Of a stretch of DNA of 64,000 nucleotides, positions 9,782-19,325 are shown one piece after another. The translations under genes and the position numbers were made by a program. The DNA is taken from contig JAAWKU010000005.1 of assembly GCA_022797535.1 (NCBI GenBank), positions 3,175 to 67,174 of the forward strand. Reading direction: 5' to 3'. Origin of the DNA: Lachnospiraceae bacterium (GTDB lineage: Bacteria > Bacillota > Clostridia > Lachnospirales > Lachnospiraceae). Under the pieces are notes generated by a model, which was not told the DNA's origin, did no database searches, and worked only from the letters and a program-made list of their open reading frames with translations. Every line of letters starts with the position of its first letter. The stretch's first letter is position 1.

Positions 9782-10738
9782 TCAGGGAGTACTGTGAGAA
9801 ACCTGCTTTTTTAGACGGTTGTTTTCTTGAAGCAATTGTTCGATTACCCTGTTTTGCTGTTCAAGCTGCATGATAGCCTCATCTCTTTTTAGAACGGCCT
9901 CGTCTCTCTTTTGCACGGCCTCATTCAATCCCTGTACGGCTTTATCTCTTGCGCGGATAGCCATTTCCCGCTCTCTTAATATTGTATTCATCTCTCTTAT
10001 ATGTTTCTCCCTTGCTTTACACTGCTCACGGATAAATTCATCGGCAGTAAGTTCGTAGATGGTTTCCACTGCGTTTTCCAGTATTGGATTCTGCTTTGCC
10101 AGCATCTTGAGTTCCTCCCATGTGGTGGCTTTAAAGAGCGATGCCCAGTAGTGGATATTCCACTTCTGGTCCTCATCTGTTGCCAAGTCGATATGTTTTA
10201 AGTTTACCACACTCAGAGTGAACTTGTCAGTAAAAATATGGTGATTTTTCATATTGATCATTTTATACGTGGCATAAAACTCAGGGTATTCGGGAAAGAG
10301 CGTGAAGTTGAGAAAACCAATGTGTATAGTGGATTTGACATCCATATAATCTTCCCCGCTGGAGAGTTGATCGAAATTGCGGCACAGATATGTAAGGGAT
10401 CTCTCCGGCCAGTTTTTATAATCCATGACCTGTATCTCCAGATTGATGGTAACCTGGTTGTTCAGCAATACATTGAGGTCCAGTACAAAGATCTTGCTGT
10501 CGAAATCTTCAGTCAGGGATTTACCCAGTATAATGGGATTCCTGACTTCTATGCTTTCCACTTCGTCTGGAGTCAGATGCAGCAGAGAACAGATCAAGTG
10601 TTCTAGAACATTCTTGTTTTTTTGCAGCAATGCCTTGAACATGTAATCGTTGGTTAATGGGTGGGGCAGTTTTCCGGCAGCACGCATAAATTGTGGTTCT
10701 TTGTCCGATATTTCGGGGGTGGGATGACTCATGTGCAT
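9782..10738 (-). CDS. Rpn-family recombination-promoting nuclease / PD-(D/E)XK putative transposase
   Basis: LTNDYMFKALL start, LDLNVLL..NLEIQ nuclease motif, ERSLTY, coiled-coil C-terminus; visibly AT-richer than neighbours. Confidence 0.85.
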   Translation of the reverse strand: MHMSHPTPEISDKEPQFMRAAGKLPHPLTNDYMFKALLQKNKNVLEHLICSLLHLTPDEVESIEVRNPIILGKSLTEDFDSKIFVLDLNVLLNNQVTINLEIQVMDYKNWPERSLTYLCRNFDQLSSGEDYMDVKSTIHIGFLNFTLFPEYPEFYATYKMINMKNHHIFTDKFTLSVVNLKHIDLATDEDQKWNIHYWASLFKATTWEELKMLAKQNPILENAVETIYELTADEFIREQCKAREKHIREMNTILREREMAIRARDKAVQGLNEAVQKRDEAVLKRDEAIMQLEQQNRVIEQLLQENNRLKKQVSHSTP

Positions 10739-11007
10739 ATCTCCTTAGTTTTTTCAGGGAATCAGTCGATTGCGGGACGTATTTTCCACGAAAGATATTT
10801 ATACTGTCCTATACCGGGGGTGAAATGGAGATTTTACGATATCCGATCTGATTTGGCCTGGGTGCGGTGTAAGTGGATCCGTAGTTGAAATGTTGGGCAG
10901 ACAGCCGATTTCCCCAAAGACTATAGGAGTAAAAAAGAGCGCAGAAAATATAAGCGTATGAGTTAATACAGTCCGGAAATCTATGGCAAAACGCCGGAAA
11001 ATGAATC

Positions 11008-11033
11008 GTGTCCATATCGATTGATATGGACAC
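11008..11033. other. Perfect 11-bp inverted repeat (terminator or operator)
   Basis: GTGTCCATATC-GATT-GATATGGACAC just downstream of the RidA gene. Confidence 0.6.
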
Positions 11034-11079
11034 AGTATAACAGCTATAAAGAAAAAACGCAAGTGGTTTTGGCATAAAA

Positions 11080-11451
11080 TTATGCCTCCGCAATCACTTC
11101 CACCTCGCACAGCACATTCTTGGGCAGGGTTTTTACTGCCACACAGGAGCGGGCCGGCTTGCCCGTGAAATATTGACCATAGACTTCGTTAAAGGCGGCG
11201 AAATCGTTCATGTCGGCCAGGAAACAGGTGGTCTTTACAGTCTTTTCATAGGACGAACCCGCCTCCTCCAGCAGAGCGCCCAGGTTCTTCATGACCTGAT
11301 GGGCCTGTTCCGCAACGGTGGCGCCCACCACTTCCCCGGTGGCAGGGTCCAGGGCAATCTGCCCGGAGGTGAAGAGAAGCCCGCCGGTGATAAAGGCCTG
11401 GGAATAGGGGCCGATGGCGGCGGGAGCATTGGGGGTGGAAATCTGTTTCAT
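11080..11451 (-). CDS. ridA: RidA/YjgF/UK114 family enamine deaminase
   Basis: [21 protein letters not shown] and EVEVIA motifs. Confidence 0.92.
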   Translation of the reverse strand: MKQISTPNAPAAIGPYSQAFITGGLLFTSGQIALDPATGEVVGATVAEQAHQVMKNLGALLEEAGSSYEKTVKTTCFLADMNDFAAFNEVYGQYFTGKPARSCVAVKTLPKNVLCEVEVIAEA

Positions 11452-11665
11452 GAATCTGTTCCTCCTTATTTAATGCAGTGTTATAGGTTGAATTCCCCTA
11501 CAAAGGAATCCTTTTCCAGTATATCACAGAGAAGCAAAAAAAGCCATCTTTAACACAATTTTGTACATTTACTCTGAAGTCTGTCGGGACTAGAATAGCC
11601 TTATTCAGTGCAGGATATGCCGGGACTGTGCCCGGCAGAACATTGCCTGCCGAGGAGGAGACATT

Positions 11666-13540
11666 GTGGAAAAGAAGCGACATTCAAAACTGGCGTGGCT
11701 CTGGGAGAACATGAAGGGCTATCGGGCGGTCTATGTGCTGTGCCTTGTGGGGACTGTGACCTACAATGTAATGCATCTGATCGTTCCCTATATGTCCCAG
11801 AGCATCATCGACCTGTTTCTCAGCGGGGAACAGGCGGCCGAAAACCTGGCGACCAAGAGAAATCTGTTCTGGGAACTGATCATCGCCATGGTTCTGCTGA
11901 CATTTTTAAGAACGGCCATCGTCTACCTTTCCTGTATGGGCGGTGAGGTGGTTTCACAGAAGGCGCTTTACCGGATCAGGACTTACCTGTTTGACAAGAT
12001 CGAACGGCAGGATATGCATTTTTATGCTACCTATCGGACAGGTGACCTGATGACCCGTCTCACAGGCGACCTGGATGCAGTGCGCCATATGATTGCCTGG
12101 GTTATCCGTACCATTGTGGAATCCCTGGCTCTGATGGCCGCCACAGCGGTGTATTTTTTCTATATGGACTGGCGGCTGGCCCTGTGCCTGTTTGCCATTG
12201 CGCCCTTTATTTTCCTGATTATTATCCTGTTTAAGAACAAGGTGGCTCCCCGTCACAGGGCGCTGCGGGAAAAGCTGGCGGAGATGAACACCATTTCCCA
12301 GGAGAATATCTCCGGCAACCGGGTGGTAAAGGCTTTTGCCAGAGAAAAATATGAGATAGAAAAGTTTGACGAGAGTAATACGTCTTACTCCCAGACCAAC
12401 CAAAAGACAGCGCTGACCTGGCTGACCTATTATCCCTATGTGGAGTCGGCGGCCAATCTGATGCCGGTGGCGCTGCTGCTGGTGGGCGGTATCTTCCTGA
12501 TTCAGGAGCAGATCACCATGGGGCAGTATGTGGCGTTTTCCAGCCTGATCTGGGCTATTGCCAATCCCATGCGGCAGCTTGGCAGCATTATGAATGAGTT
12601 CCAGCGGTTTTCCGCAGCCTCTGACAAGGTTATGGAAATCTATTATTCCCAGCCGGAGATCGTGGATAAGCCGGGAGCTGTGGATCGGCCGGAGCGCTTT
12701 CAGGGGCGGATTGAATTTAAGAACGTCAGTTTCCAGTATGCGGACGGTAAGCTGCCCATTCTGCGGAATGTGAGTTTTACGGCTGAGCCGGGGGAAACCA
12801 TCGCCATTATGGGAGAGACGGGATGCGGTAAAACCTCCCTGATTCAGTTGATCCCCAGGTTTTACGAGCCCACGGAGGGGGAGGTGCTGGTGGACGGTAT
12901 TGCGGTGCAGGATATGAAGCTGCGTCAACTGCGCGGCAATATAGGCCTGGCCACCCAGGACGTGCTCCTGTACTCGGACTCCATAGACGGCAATATCGCT
13001 TTCGGAGACAGCCATATCACTCCGGAGCAGGTGGTAAAATTCGCCAGATATTCGGCGGCTTCCGATTTCATTGCCCGTATGCCTGAGGGATATGACACCA
13101 TTGTGGGAGAGCGGGGAGTGGGACTCTCCGGCGGCCAGAAACAGCGTATCTCCCTGGCCAGGGCCCTGGCGGTGCGCCCGGCCATATTGATCCTGGACGA
13201 CACCACCTCGGCGGTGGATATGGAGACGGAAAAGCAGATTCAGCACAGTCTGAGCGAACTGGATTTCCCCTGCACCAAGATCATCATTGCCCAGCGGATT
13301 TCCACTACGAAATACGCGGATAAGATATTGGTGCTCCAGGACGGCCGGATTACAGAATCCGGCAGCCACGAGGAGCTGATTGCGAAGAAGGGATATTATT
13401 ATCAGGTGGTGCGGTTGCAGACCGGACAGCAGATTTCCGAACAGGGCCCGTCCCTCTGCCCGGATGCCGGAGCGGCGGAGCAGCAGTCTCCGGGTCTGGA
13501 TGCCGGCGGGGCATGTGCGGAATGCGGTAAGGAGGTGTAG
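11666..13540 (+). CDS. ABC exporter, TMD-NBD subunit 1 of a heterodimer
   Basis: Six TM segments, GETGCGKT Walker A, LSGGQ signature, ILILDD degenerate Walker B; GTG start. Confidence 0.92.
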   Translation: MEKKRHSKLAWLWENMKGYRAVYVLCLVGTVTYNVMHLIVPYMSQSIIDLFLSGEQAAENLATKRNLFWELIIAMVLLTFLRTAIVYLSCMGGEVVSQKALYRIRTYLFDKIERQDMHFYATYRTGDLMTRLTGDLDAVRHMIAWVIRTIVESLALMAATAVYFFYMDWRLALCLFAIAPFIFLIIILFKNKVAPRHRALREKLAEMNTISQENISGNRVVKAFAREKYEIEKFDESNTSYSQTNQKTALTWLTYYPYVESAANLMPVALLLVGGIFLIQEQITMGQYVAFSSLIWAIANPMRQLGSIMNEFQRFSAASDKVMEIYYSQPEIVDKPGAVDRPERFQGRIEFKNVSFQYADGKLPILRNVSFTAEPGETIAIMGETGCGKTSLIQLIPRFYEPTEGEVLVDGIAVQDMKLRQLRGNIGLATQDVLLYSDSIDGNIAFGDSHITPEQVVKFARYSAASDFIARMPEGYDTIVGERGVGLSGGQKQRISLARALAVRPAILILDDTTSAVDMETEKQIQHSLSELDFPCTKIIIAQRISTTKYADKILVLQDGRITESGSHEELIAKKGYYYQVVRLQTGQQISEQGPSLCPDAGAAEQQSPGLDAGGACAECGKEV

Positions 13541-13542
13541 AG

Positions 13543-15324
13543 ATGGCCAGAAGAAATACATACCGGGAGGACGAGGTGCTGGAAACCCCTTTTGACTTCC
13601 ATCACTTGCTTCGGGCTTCAGTTTATATTAAAAAATACAGCGGCAGGATGATTCTTGCCTTCGTCCTGAGCGCCGTAGGCGGCATTACGGCTTTGTTTGG
13701 CCCCATGCTGACGCAGAAGGCGCTGGACGAGGCGATCCCCGACAAAAATATACGTATGCTGGTGACTCTGGTATTGGTGCTGGTGGGAACCTACGCAGTC
13801 AGTGTGGTTTTTACCACCATACGATCCAGGATTATGGTGAAGGTAGGACAGGGAATTATCTATGATATCCGCAGGGATCTGTTTGCCCATTTGCAAAAGC
13901 TGCCCTTTCAGTATTATGACGACAGACCCCACGGGAAAATCCTGATCCGGGTAGTGAACTATGTGAACTCTGTGTCGGATATGCTGTCCAACGGGCTGAT
14001 CAACGTGGTACTGGAGATATTGAATCTGATCTTTATCGTGATTTTCATGTTTCTGGTGGATGTGAAACTGTCCCTGGTGGTTCTGGCGGGTGTGCCGATT
14101 CTGGCGGCGTTTATGCTGTATATGAAGAAGCGTCAGAGAAAGGCCTGGCAGCAGGTGTCCAACAAGAACTCCAACCTGAACGCCTATCTGCAGGAAAATA
14201 TTGTGGGAGCCCGCATCACCCAGATTTTTGTCCGGGAAGATGAGAATGTGGAGACCTTTGGTATCCTGGCGGACCGCTGCCGCAAGGCCTGGATGCAGGC
14301 GGTAAAATTCAGCAACCTGGTGTGGCCCGGCATTGACAATATATCCGTGTGGGTGAGAGCCGCGGTGTTTATCGTGGGGCTGCTGGTCATGGGACCGGAG
14401 AACGTGAAACTGGGTGTGATCGTGGCAATCACCTCCTATGCCTCCAGGTTCTGGCAGCCCATTATGAACCTGGGTAATATTTTTAACAACTTCATCAACA
14501 ATATCGCCTATCTGGAGCGCATTTTCGAGACCATGGATGAGCCGGTGACAGTGGCGGACGCGGAGGACGCCATAGAGATGCCGCCCATCAGGGGCCAGGT
14601 GACTTTCGAACATGTAACTTTCGCCTACGAGGAAGGAAAGCATGTGCTGAAAGATCTGTCCTTCACTGTGGAGCCCGGCGAGAGTGTGGCGCTGGTGGGT
14701 CCCACCGGCGCGGGCAAGAGTACCATCGTAAACCTGGTGTCCCGGTTCTACAATGTGAATCAGGGCCGGGTGCTCATCGACGGACAGGACATTTCCCAGG
14801 TGACGCTGGAATCCCTGCGTTCCCAGATGGGGATTATGCTACAGGACAGTTTTATTTTCTCGGGCACCATCGAGGACAATATCCGTTATGGTAAGCTGGA
14901 TGCCACTATGGAGGAGATTCAGCGGGCCAGCGAGACGGTGTGCGCGGATGCCTTTATCAGCCGCATGCAGGATGGCTACCAGACGGAGGTGAAGGAGCGG
15001 GGGTCTCTGCTGTCCCAGGGGCAGAAACAGCTGATTTCCTTTGCCAGGACGCTGCTTTCAGACCCTTCTATCCTGGTGTTGGACGAGGCCACTTCCAGCA
15101 TTGACGTGCAGACGGAACGGGCGCTTCAGCAGGGATTGAACGCCATGCTTCAGGGTAGGACTTCATTTATCATCGCCCATCGTCTGTCCACCATCAAAAA
15201 CTGTGACAAGATCATGTACATCGACCAGGGCGGAATCATGGAGTGCGGCACCCATGAGGAACTGATGGCAAAGCGGGGGTATTATTACAGGTTGTATACG
15301 GCGCAGATGGAGGATATAGCGTAA
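13543..15324 (+). CDS. ABC exporter, TMD-NBD subunit 2 of a heterodimer
   Basis: GPTGAGKS, LSQGQ, VLDEATS, IAHRL; one canonical and one degenerate site, as in TmrAB-type pairs. Confidence 0.92.
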   Translation: MARRNTYREDEVLETPFDFHHLLRASVYIKKYSGRMILAFVLSAVGGITALFGPMLTQKALDEAIPDKNIRMLVTLVLVLVGTYAVSVVFTTIRSRIMVKVGQGIIYDIRRDLFAHLQKLPFQYYDDRPHGKILIRVVNYVNSVSDMLSNGLINVVLEILNLIFIVIFMFLVDVKLSLVVLAGVPILAAFMLYMKKRQRKAWQQVSNKNSNLNAYLQENIVGARITQIFVREDENVETFGILADRCRKAWMQAVKFSNLVWPGIDNISVWVRAAVFIVGLLVMGPENVKLGVIVAITSYASRFWQPIMNLGNIFNNFINNIAYLERIFETMDEPVTVADAEDAIEMPPIRGQVTFEHVTFAYEEGKHVLKDLSFTVEPGESVALVGPTGAGKSTIVNLVSRFYNVNQGRVLIDGQDISQVTLESLRSQMGIMLQDSFIFSGTIEDNIRYGKLDATMEEIQRASETVCADAFISRMQDGYQTEVKERGSLLSQGQKQLISFARTLLSDPSILVLDEATSSIDVQTERALQQGLNAMLQGRTSFIIAHRLSTIKNCDKIMYIDQGGIMECGTHEELMAKRGYYYRLYTAQMEDIA

Positions 15325-15654
15325 TCCGAAGCGCTGACATACGGAGCGGCAATGGTATATCCGGAAAGGATTTGCCATTGCCGTTTTTATATGCATGGCG
15401 CCTCCTTCCTCCGCCTGGCAGCGTGACGATATATTCCGCACTGTTAGTTCTAGGATGAAGGTGTCAGTACACCGATCGTGCAGACGTAGCGGGCTGCGGA
15501 AAGATTTTGGGCGTGTGAATCGAAAAACAGGCAGGCTATTTGGTCAGGCTATTTAGAAATCGGTGAACCAGGTTTACTTTCTCAGGAAAATAGGGTAAAA
15601 TAAGCTGTATTCGCACAGGATTCTCTTTCAAGACAATGAGGTGACAGATACAAA

Positions 15655-16422
15655 ATGGCAGGACAAATGAAGATAGCTGTGGTGGAGGACGAAAAGCCAC
15701 ACGCCGCCATGCTCACGGGTCTTTTGGAAGCATGGCTAAAGAAGAATAAAGTGGAGTTCTGTATCCGGGAGTTTCCCAACGCGGCGTCCTTTCTATTTGA
15801 GTGGGAGCAGGACCAGGCATGGGAGGTGCTTTTTTTTGATATACAGATGCCGGGCCTGAGCGGGGTTGAACTGGCGCGGAGAATCCGAAAGGAAAACAGG
15901 AGGATTGCGCTGGTCTTTGTGACAGGCATCACGGACTATCTTCTGGAAGGATATGAGGTGGAAGCCCTGCACTATCTGGTCAAGCCTGTGGACGAAGCGA
16001 AGATTGATTCCTGTATGGAGCGGGTTTTCAGGCGCTGCCGGGAGCTGGAGAAGCGGGAAGCGATTCTGACAGAAGCCAGGGAACTGGTAGACGGAGAGAA
16101 AAGCAGCCGTATAAACTTGCGGCTTATGCCGGAAGATATTGTATATATAGAGGCTGCCACCCATAATACGGAACTGCATACAGCAGAGAAATGTTATGTG
16201 GTCAGGGAGGGCATCAATGTCTGGAGAGAACGGCTGCCGGAGGAGGTGTTCTGCTTCTGCCACAGATCTTATCTGGTCAATCTGCTCTATGTGGCGCAGT
16301 TAGAGAAGGAAGCAGTGATTTTGGATGACGGGAGGCAGATTCCTCTGAGCAGAAAAAACTATAAAGATGTGAACCAGGCTTTTATTCGGTTTTACAGCAA
16401 AAAGAAAGCGGAGGGATTGTAG
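15655..16422 (+). CDS. LytTR-family response regulator
   Basis: Receiver domain (VVEDE, DIQMPG, YLVKP) plus LytTR domain (CHRSYLVN). Confidence 0.92.
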   Translation: MAGQMKIAVVEDEKPHAAMLTGLLEAWLKKNKVEFCIREFPNAASFLFEWEQDQAWEVLFFDIQMPGLSGVELARRIRKENRRIALVFVTGITDYLLEGYEVEALHYLVKPVDEAKIDSCMERVFRRCRELEKREAILTEARELVDGEKSSRINLRLMPEDIVYIEAATHNTELHTAEKCYVVREGINVWRERLPEEVFCFCHRSYLVNLLYVAQLEKEAVILDDGRQIPLSRKNYKDVNQAFIRFYSKKKAEGL

Positions 16423-16555
16423 ACACGATTATGATGGAACCCCCCTGGGGAAGGCAGCTCCCTGGGAATTGTATGGGATGGGGAGTATCCCGCCTCCAGG
16501 GGGCAAAAGGGCGGCGGAGCAGAATGGGGCGCTGTGGGGGAAAGGTTTACAAAGA

Positions 16556-17278
16556 ATGCATTATGGACTGATGTTTGTTTTGGGAATTGCGGGAGTCATC
16601 CTGCTTACATTCCTGTGCTGCGCCATATTTATGTGGCTGATGAATCGGAGAGTGGCGGCGTTTCAGAGTGATCTGGCGGAAAAGCACTATGAAGAGGTGG
16701 AGAACATGTACCAGCAGATGCGGGGCTGGAAACATGACTATAAGCATCATATCCAGACCATGAAAGCCCATCTGGCTCTGGGGCAGTATCAGGAACTGGA
16801 TGAGTATCTGAGGGATCTGGACACGGATCTCACGGAGGTGGACACCGTACTGAGAACGGGTAATGTGCGGGTGGACGCCGTGCTGAACGCCAAGCTGGCG
16901 GTGGCAAAGGCCAGGGGAATCCGGGTGAATGCCAAGGCAGTGGTGCCGGAGCGGCTGGTCATAAACGAGGTGGATCTGTGCGTCATTATCGGTAATCTGC
17001 TGGACAACGCCATGGAGGGCTGTGGGAAGATCGCGGAAGAAAGACAGTTCATCCGTGTGTATATGGAGGTACTAAAACAGCAGCTTTATATTTATGTTTC
17101 CAATTCCATGGCGGATCGGATCAGCCAGGAAGGGGGACAATATCTGTCAACCAAGCGGGGAAATCATGGTTTCGGCTTAATAAGGATTGACAGGACAGTG
17201 AAAAAATATAACGGGTTTTTGAACAGGCAGCACGAGGAAGGAGTTTTTGCCACCGAGATTATGCTGCCATTGTCATAG
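16556..17278 (+). CDS. GHKL histidine kinase (AgrC/VirS-like), single N-terminal TM segment
   Basis: H-box KHDYKHH, GNLLDNAMEG, HGFGL; start 16556 preferred over 16469. Confidence 0.85.
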   Translation: MHYGLMFVLGIAGVILLTFLCCAIFMWLMNRRVAAFQSDLAEKHYEEVENMYQQMRGWKHDYKHHIQTMKAHLALGQYQELDEYLRDLDTDLTEVDTVLRTGNVRVDAVLNAKLAVAKARGIRVNAKAVVPERLVINEVDLCVIIGNLLDNAMEGCGKIAEERQFIRVYMEVLKQQLYIYVSNSMADRISQEGGQYLSTKRGNHGFGLIRIDRTVKKYNGFLNRQHEEGVFATEIMLPLS

Positions 17279-17288
17279 GGAATCCATT

Positions 17289-17350
17289 GGTGCGCAGAAG
17301 AGAACCTTTTGTGCACTTTTTTTCCGTCCTGATATCCGTTGTGCTAGAAT
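17289..17350 (+). promoter_or_regulatory. Putative LytTR-activated promoter of the downstream ABC pair
   Basis: Imperfect direct repeats GGTGCGCA (17289) / TGTGCACT (17310) 21 bp apart, extended -10 TGcTAGAAT (17342-17350), no canonical -35. Confidence 0.4.
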
Positions 17351-17471
17351 ACAGGTATATAAGAATTGGAAGCGGGGCACTGTACGGACAGATATGGGGT
17401 AAGGCCCGCTGGGGGTGGATACGGCAAAGCCGAGGATATGTGTTTAGACGTAAGTATGGGAGGTGGTTTGG

Positions 17472-19325
17472 ATGGAGAAAATCAGGCAGAGGAACGATAG
17501 CATAATGCAAAACGCATGGTTTCTGGCAAAGGAAAGCTGGAGATGGGACAAAAGGATTCTCCTGTTTCTGGGGTTTACTTCATTGACGGGGATTGCCCTG
17601 CCGCTGTTTGGAATCTATCTGCCCAAGGTGGCGGTGGATTTGTTGCTGCAGGGGGCGGAAACAATGCAGGTGCTGCAGGTTTTGGGCGGTATGGTGGGCT
17701 GTCTGCTGATCCTGCAGGGCATTCATGGATATCTTTCCAAGAGGGCGTATTATCATCACAATGAGTGCAGAAATACCTTTTTTATTCAGAGGCTGTTTCT
17801 GGTATCCCTGCAGTGCAAGTATTCCTACGCCGAGGACGGGGAGTTCTACAAGCTGTACAGGCGTGCCATAAACTCGGTGCGCAGCGGCGATAACAGCGGC
17901 ACTTCCGTATTCTTTGACCAGATTCCCAAGGTGGTGACGGGAGCCGCCTGTTTTTTTCTGTACTCGGGTATATTGGCCAGACTGCATATTCTGGTGATTG
18001 TGCTGCTGCTTCTGACTTCGCTGGTAACTTATTTTTTCCGGCACAGGGAAAATGTCTGTTACCAGCGCACCAGGGATGCCTATGCCCTGACGGAGAAGCG
18101 GCTGTATTATACCATCGGGAAGTGCGGGGACAGTCAGACGGGAAAGGATGTCCGGGTCTATAATATGAAAAACTGGCTGACAGGACAGATCCAGAAATTT
18201 CAGGGAGAGGAGAGAGCCATCCTGAAAACCCGCCGCAGGAAGGAGTACGAGACGTATCTGGTGGGCTGCGGTCTGAATTTCCTCAGGGACGGATTCGCTT
18301 ATGCTTATCTGATTATACAGACTGTGCAGGGGAAGATCGGCATGGGCGACTTTATGCTGTTTTTCGGCGCAATCACAGGTTTTTCCGCATGGATCACCGG
18401 CCTGGTGGACCAGATGAGCATGCTTAAGACAGCCAATGTAAAAATGAATGATCTGCGTTCTTTTCTGGATATTCCTCCTGAGGACGCAGACAGTGGAGAG
18501 TGCGAACTGACGGGAGTGTCAGATGGAGTGGAGATTGTCTTTGATCATGTGAGTTTTGCCTATCCGGGAAGTGACAAAGAGGTGATTTCGGATCTGAGTT
18601 TCCATATTCGAAAAGGGGAGCATGTGGCCCTGGTGGGACTGAACGGAGCGGGTAAGAGTACGCTGCTGAAGCTGATCATGGGGATGTATGAACCTTCCGG
18701 AGGAAAAATACTGCTCAACGGCACAGACATTACAAAACTCAAAAAAAGGGATATCTACCGCCTTTATTCTGCCGTGTTTCAAGATACCATGATTCTGCCC
18801 GCCATGATAGATGAAAATATCGCGCTGAGGCCCAAACGGGATCTGGACAGAAAACGGGTGGAAGAGATGCTGAGGCTGGCGGGCCTGGAGGAGGACTTTG
18901 CCCAGCGTCATATCACTTTGGACAACTATATGACGGACCGGCTGGTGGAGGACGGGATCTATCTGTCCGGAGGGCAGGAACAGAAGTTTTTGCTGGCTAG
19001 GGCGCTGTATAAGGACGCGCCGGTGCTGCTTCTGGACGAACCTACGGCAGCCCTGGATCCGCTGGCTGAGCAGGAAGTCTATGAATCCTACCAGAGGCTT
19101 TGCCAGGGCAGAACGGCGCTGTTTATCTCTCATCGCCTGGCCAGCACCCAGTTTTCGGACTGGATCATGTTTCTCCAGGACGGGCGGATCATAGAGCAGG
19201 GAAGTCATGAGGAACTGCTGAAGGCAGACGGGGAGTATGCCAGACTGTATGAACTACAGAGCCACTATTACAATCAGGCGCAGGAGCCCCAGGTGAGAGA
19301 GGAGGCCGGCTATGCAGGTGAATAG
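17472..19325 (+). CDS. ABC exporter TMD-NBD subunit (peptide/antimicrobial-type)
   Basis: GLNGAGKST, LSGGQEQK, LLDEPTAALD; ATG 17472 is 8 nt after GGAGG. Confidence 0.9.
   Translation: MEKIRQRNDSIMQNAWFLAKESWRWDKRILLFLGFTSLTGIALPLFGIYLPKVAVDLLLQGAETMQVLQVLGGMVGCLLILQGIHGYLSKRAYYHHNECRNTFFIQRLFLVSLQCKYSYAEDGEFYKLYRRAINSVRSGDNSGTSVFFDQIPKVVTGAACFFLYSGILARLHILVIVLLLLTSLVTYFFRHRENVCYQRTRDAYALTEKRLYYTIGKCGDSQTGKDVRVYNMKNWLTGQIQKFQGEERAILKTRRRKEYETYLVGCGLNFLRDGFAYAYLIIQTVQGKIGMGDFMLFFGAITGFSAWITGLVDQMSMLKTANVKMNDLRSFLDIPPEDADSGECELTGVSDGVEIVFDHVSFAYPGSDKEVISDLSFHIRKGEHVALVGLNGAGKSTLLKLIMGMYEPSGGKILLNGTDITKLKKRDIYRLYSAVFQDTMILPAMIDENIALRPKRDLDRKRVEEMLRLAGLEEDFAQRHITLDNYMTDRLVEDGIYLSGGQEQKFLLARALYKDAPVLLLDEPTAALDPLAEQEVYESYQRLCQGRTALFISHRLASTQFSDWIMFLQDGRIIEQGSHEELLKADGEYARLYELQSHYYNQAQEPQVREEAGYAGE

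Noticed and set aside
15325-17471. Agr-type autoinducing peptide or bacteriocin precursor near the LytTR/kinase pair
   Set aside because: No small ORF with an RBS and an AgrD-like or double-glycine leader was found.
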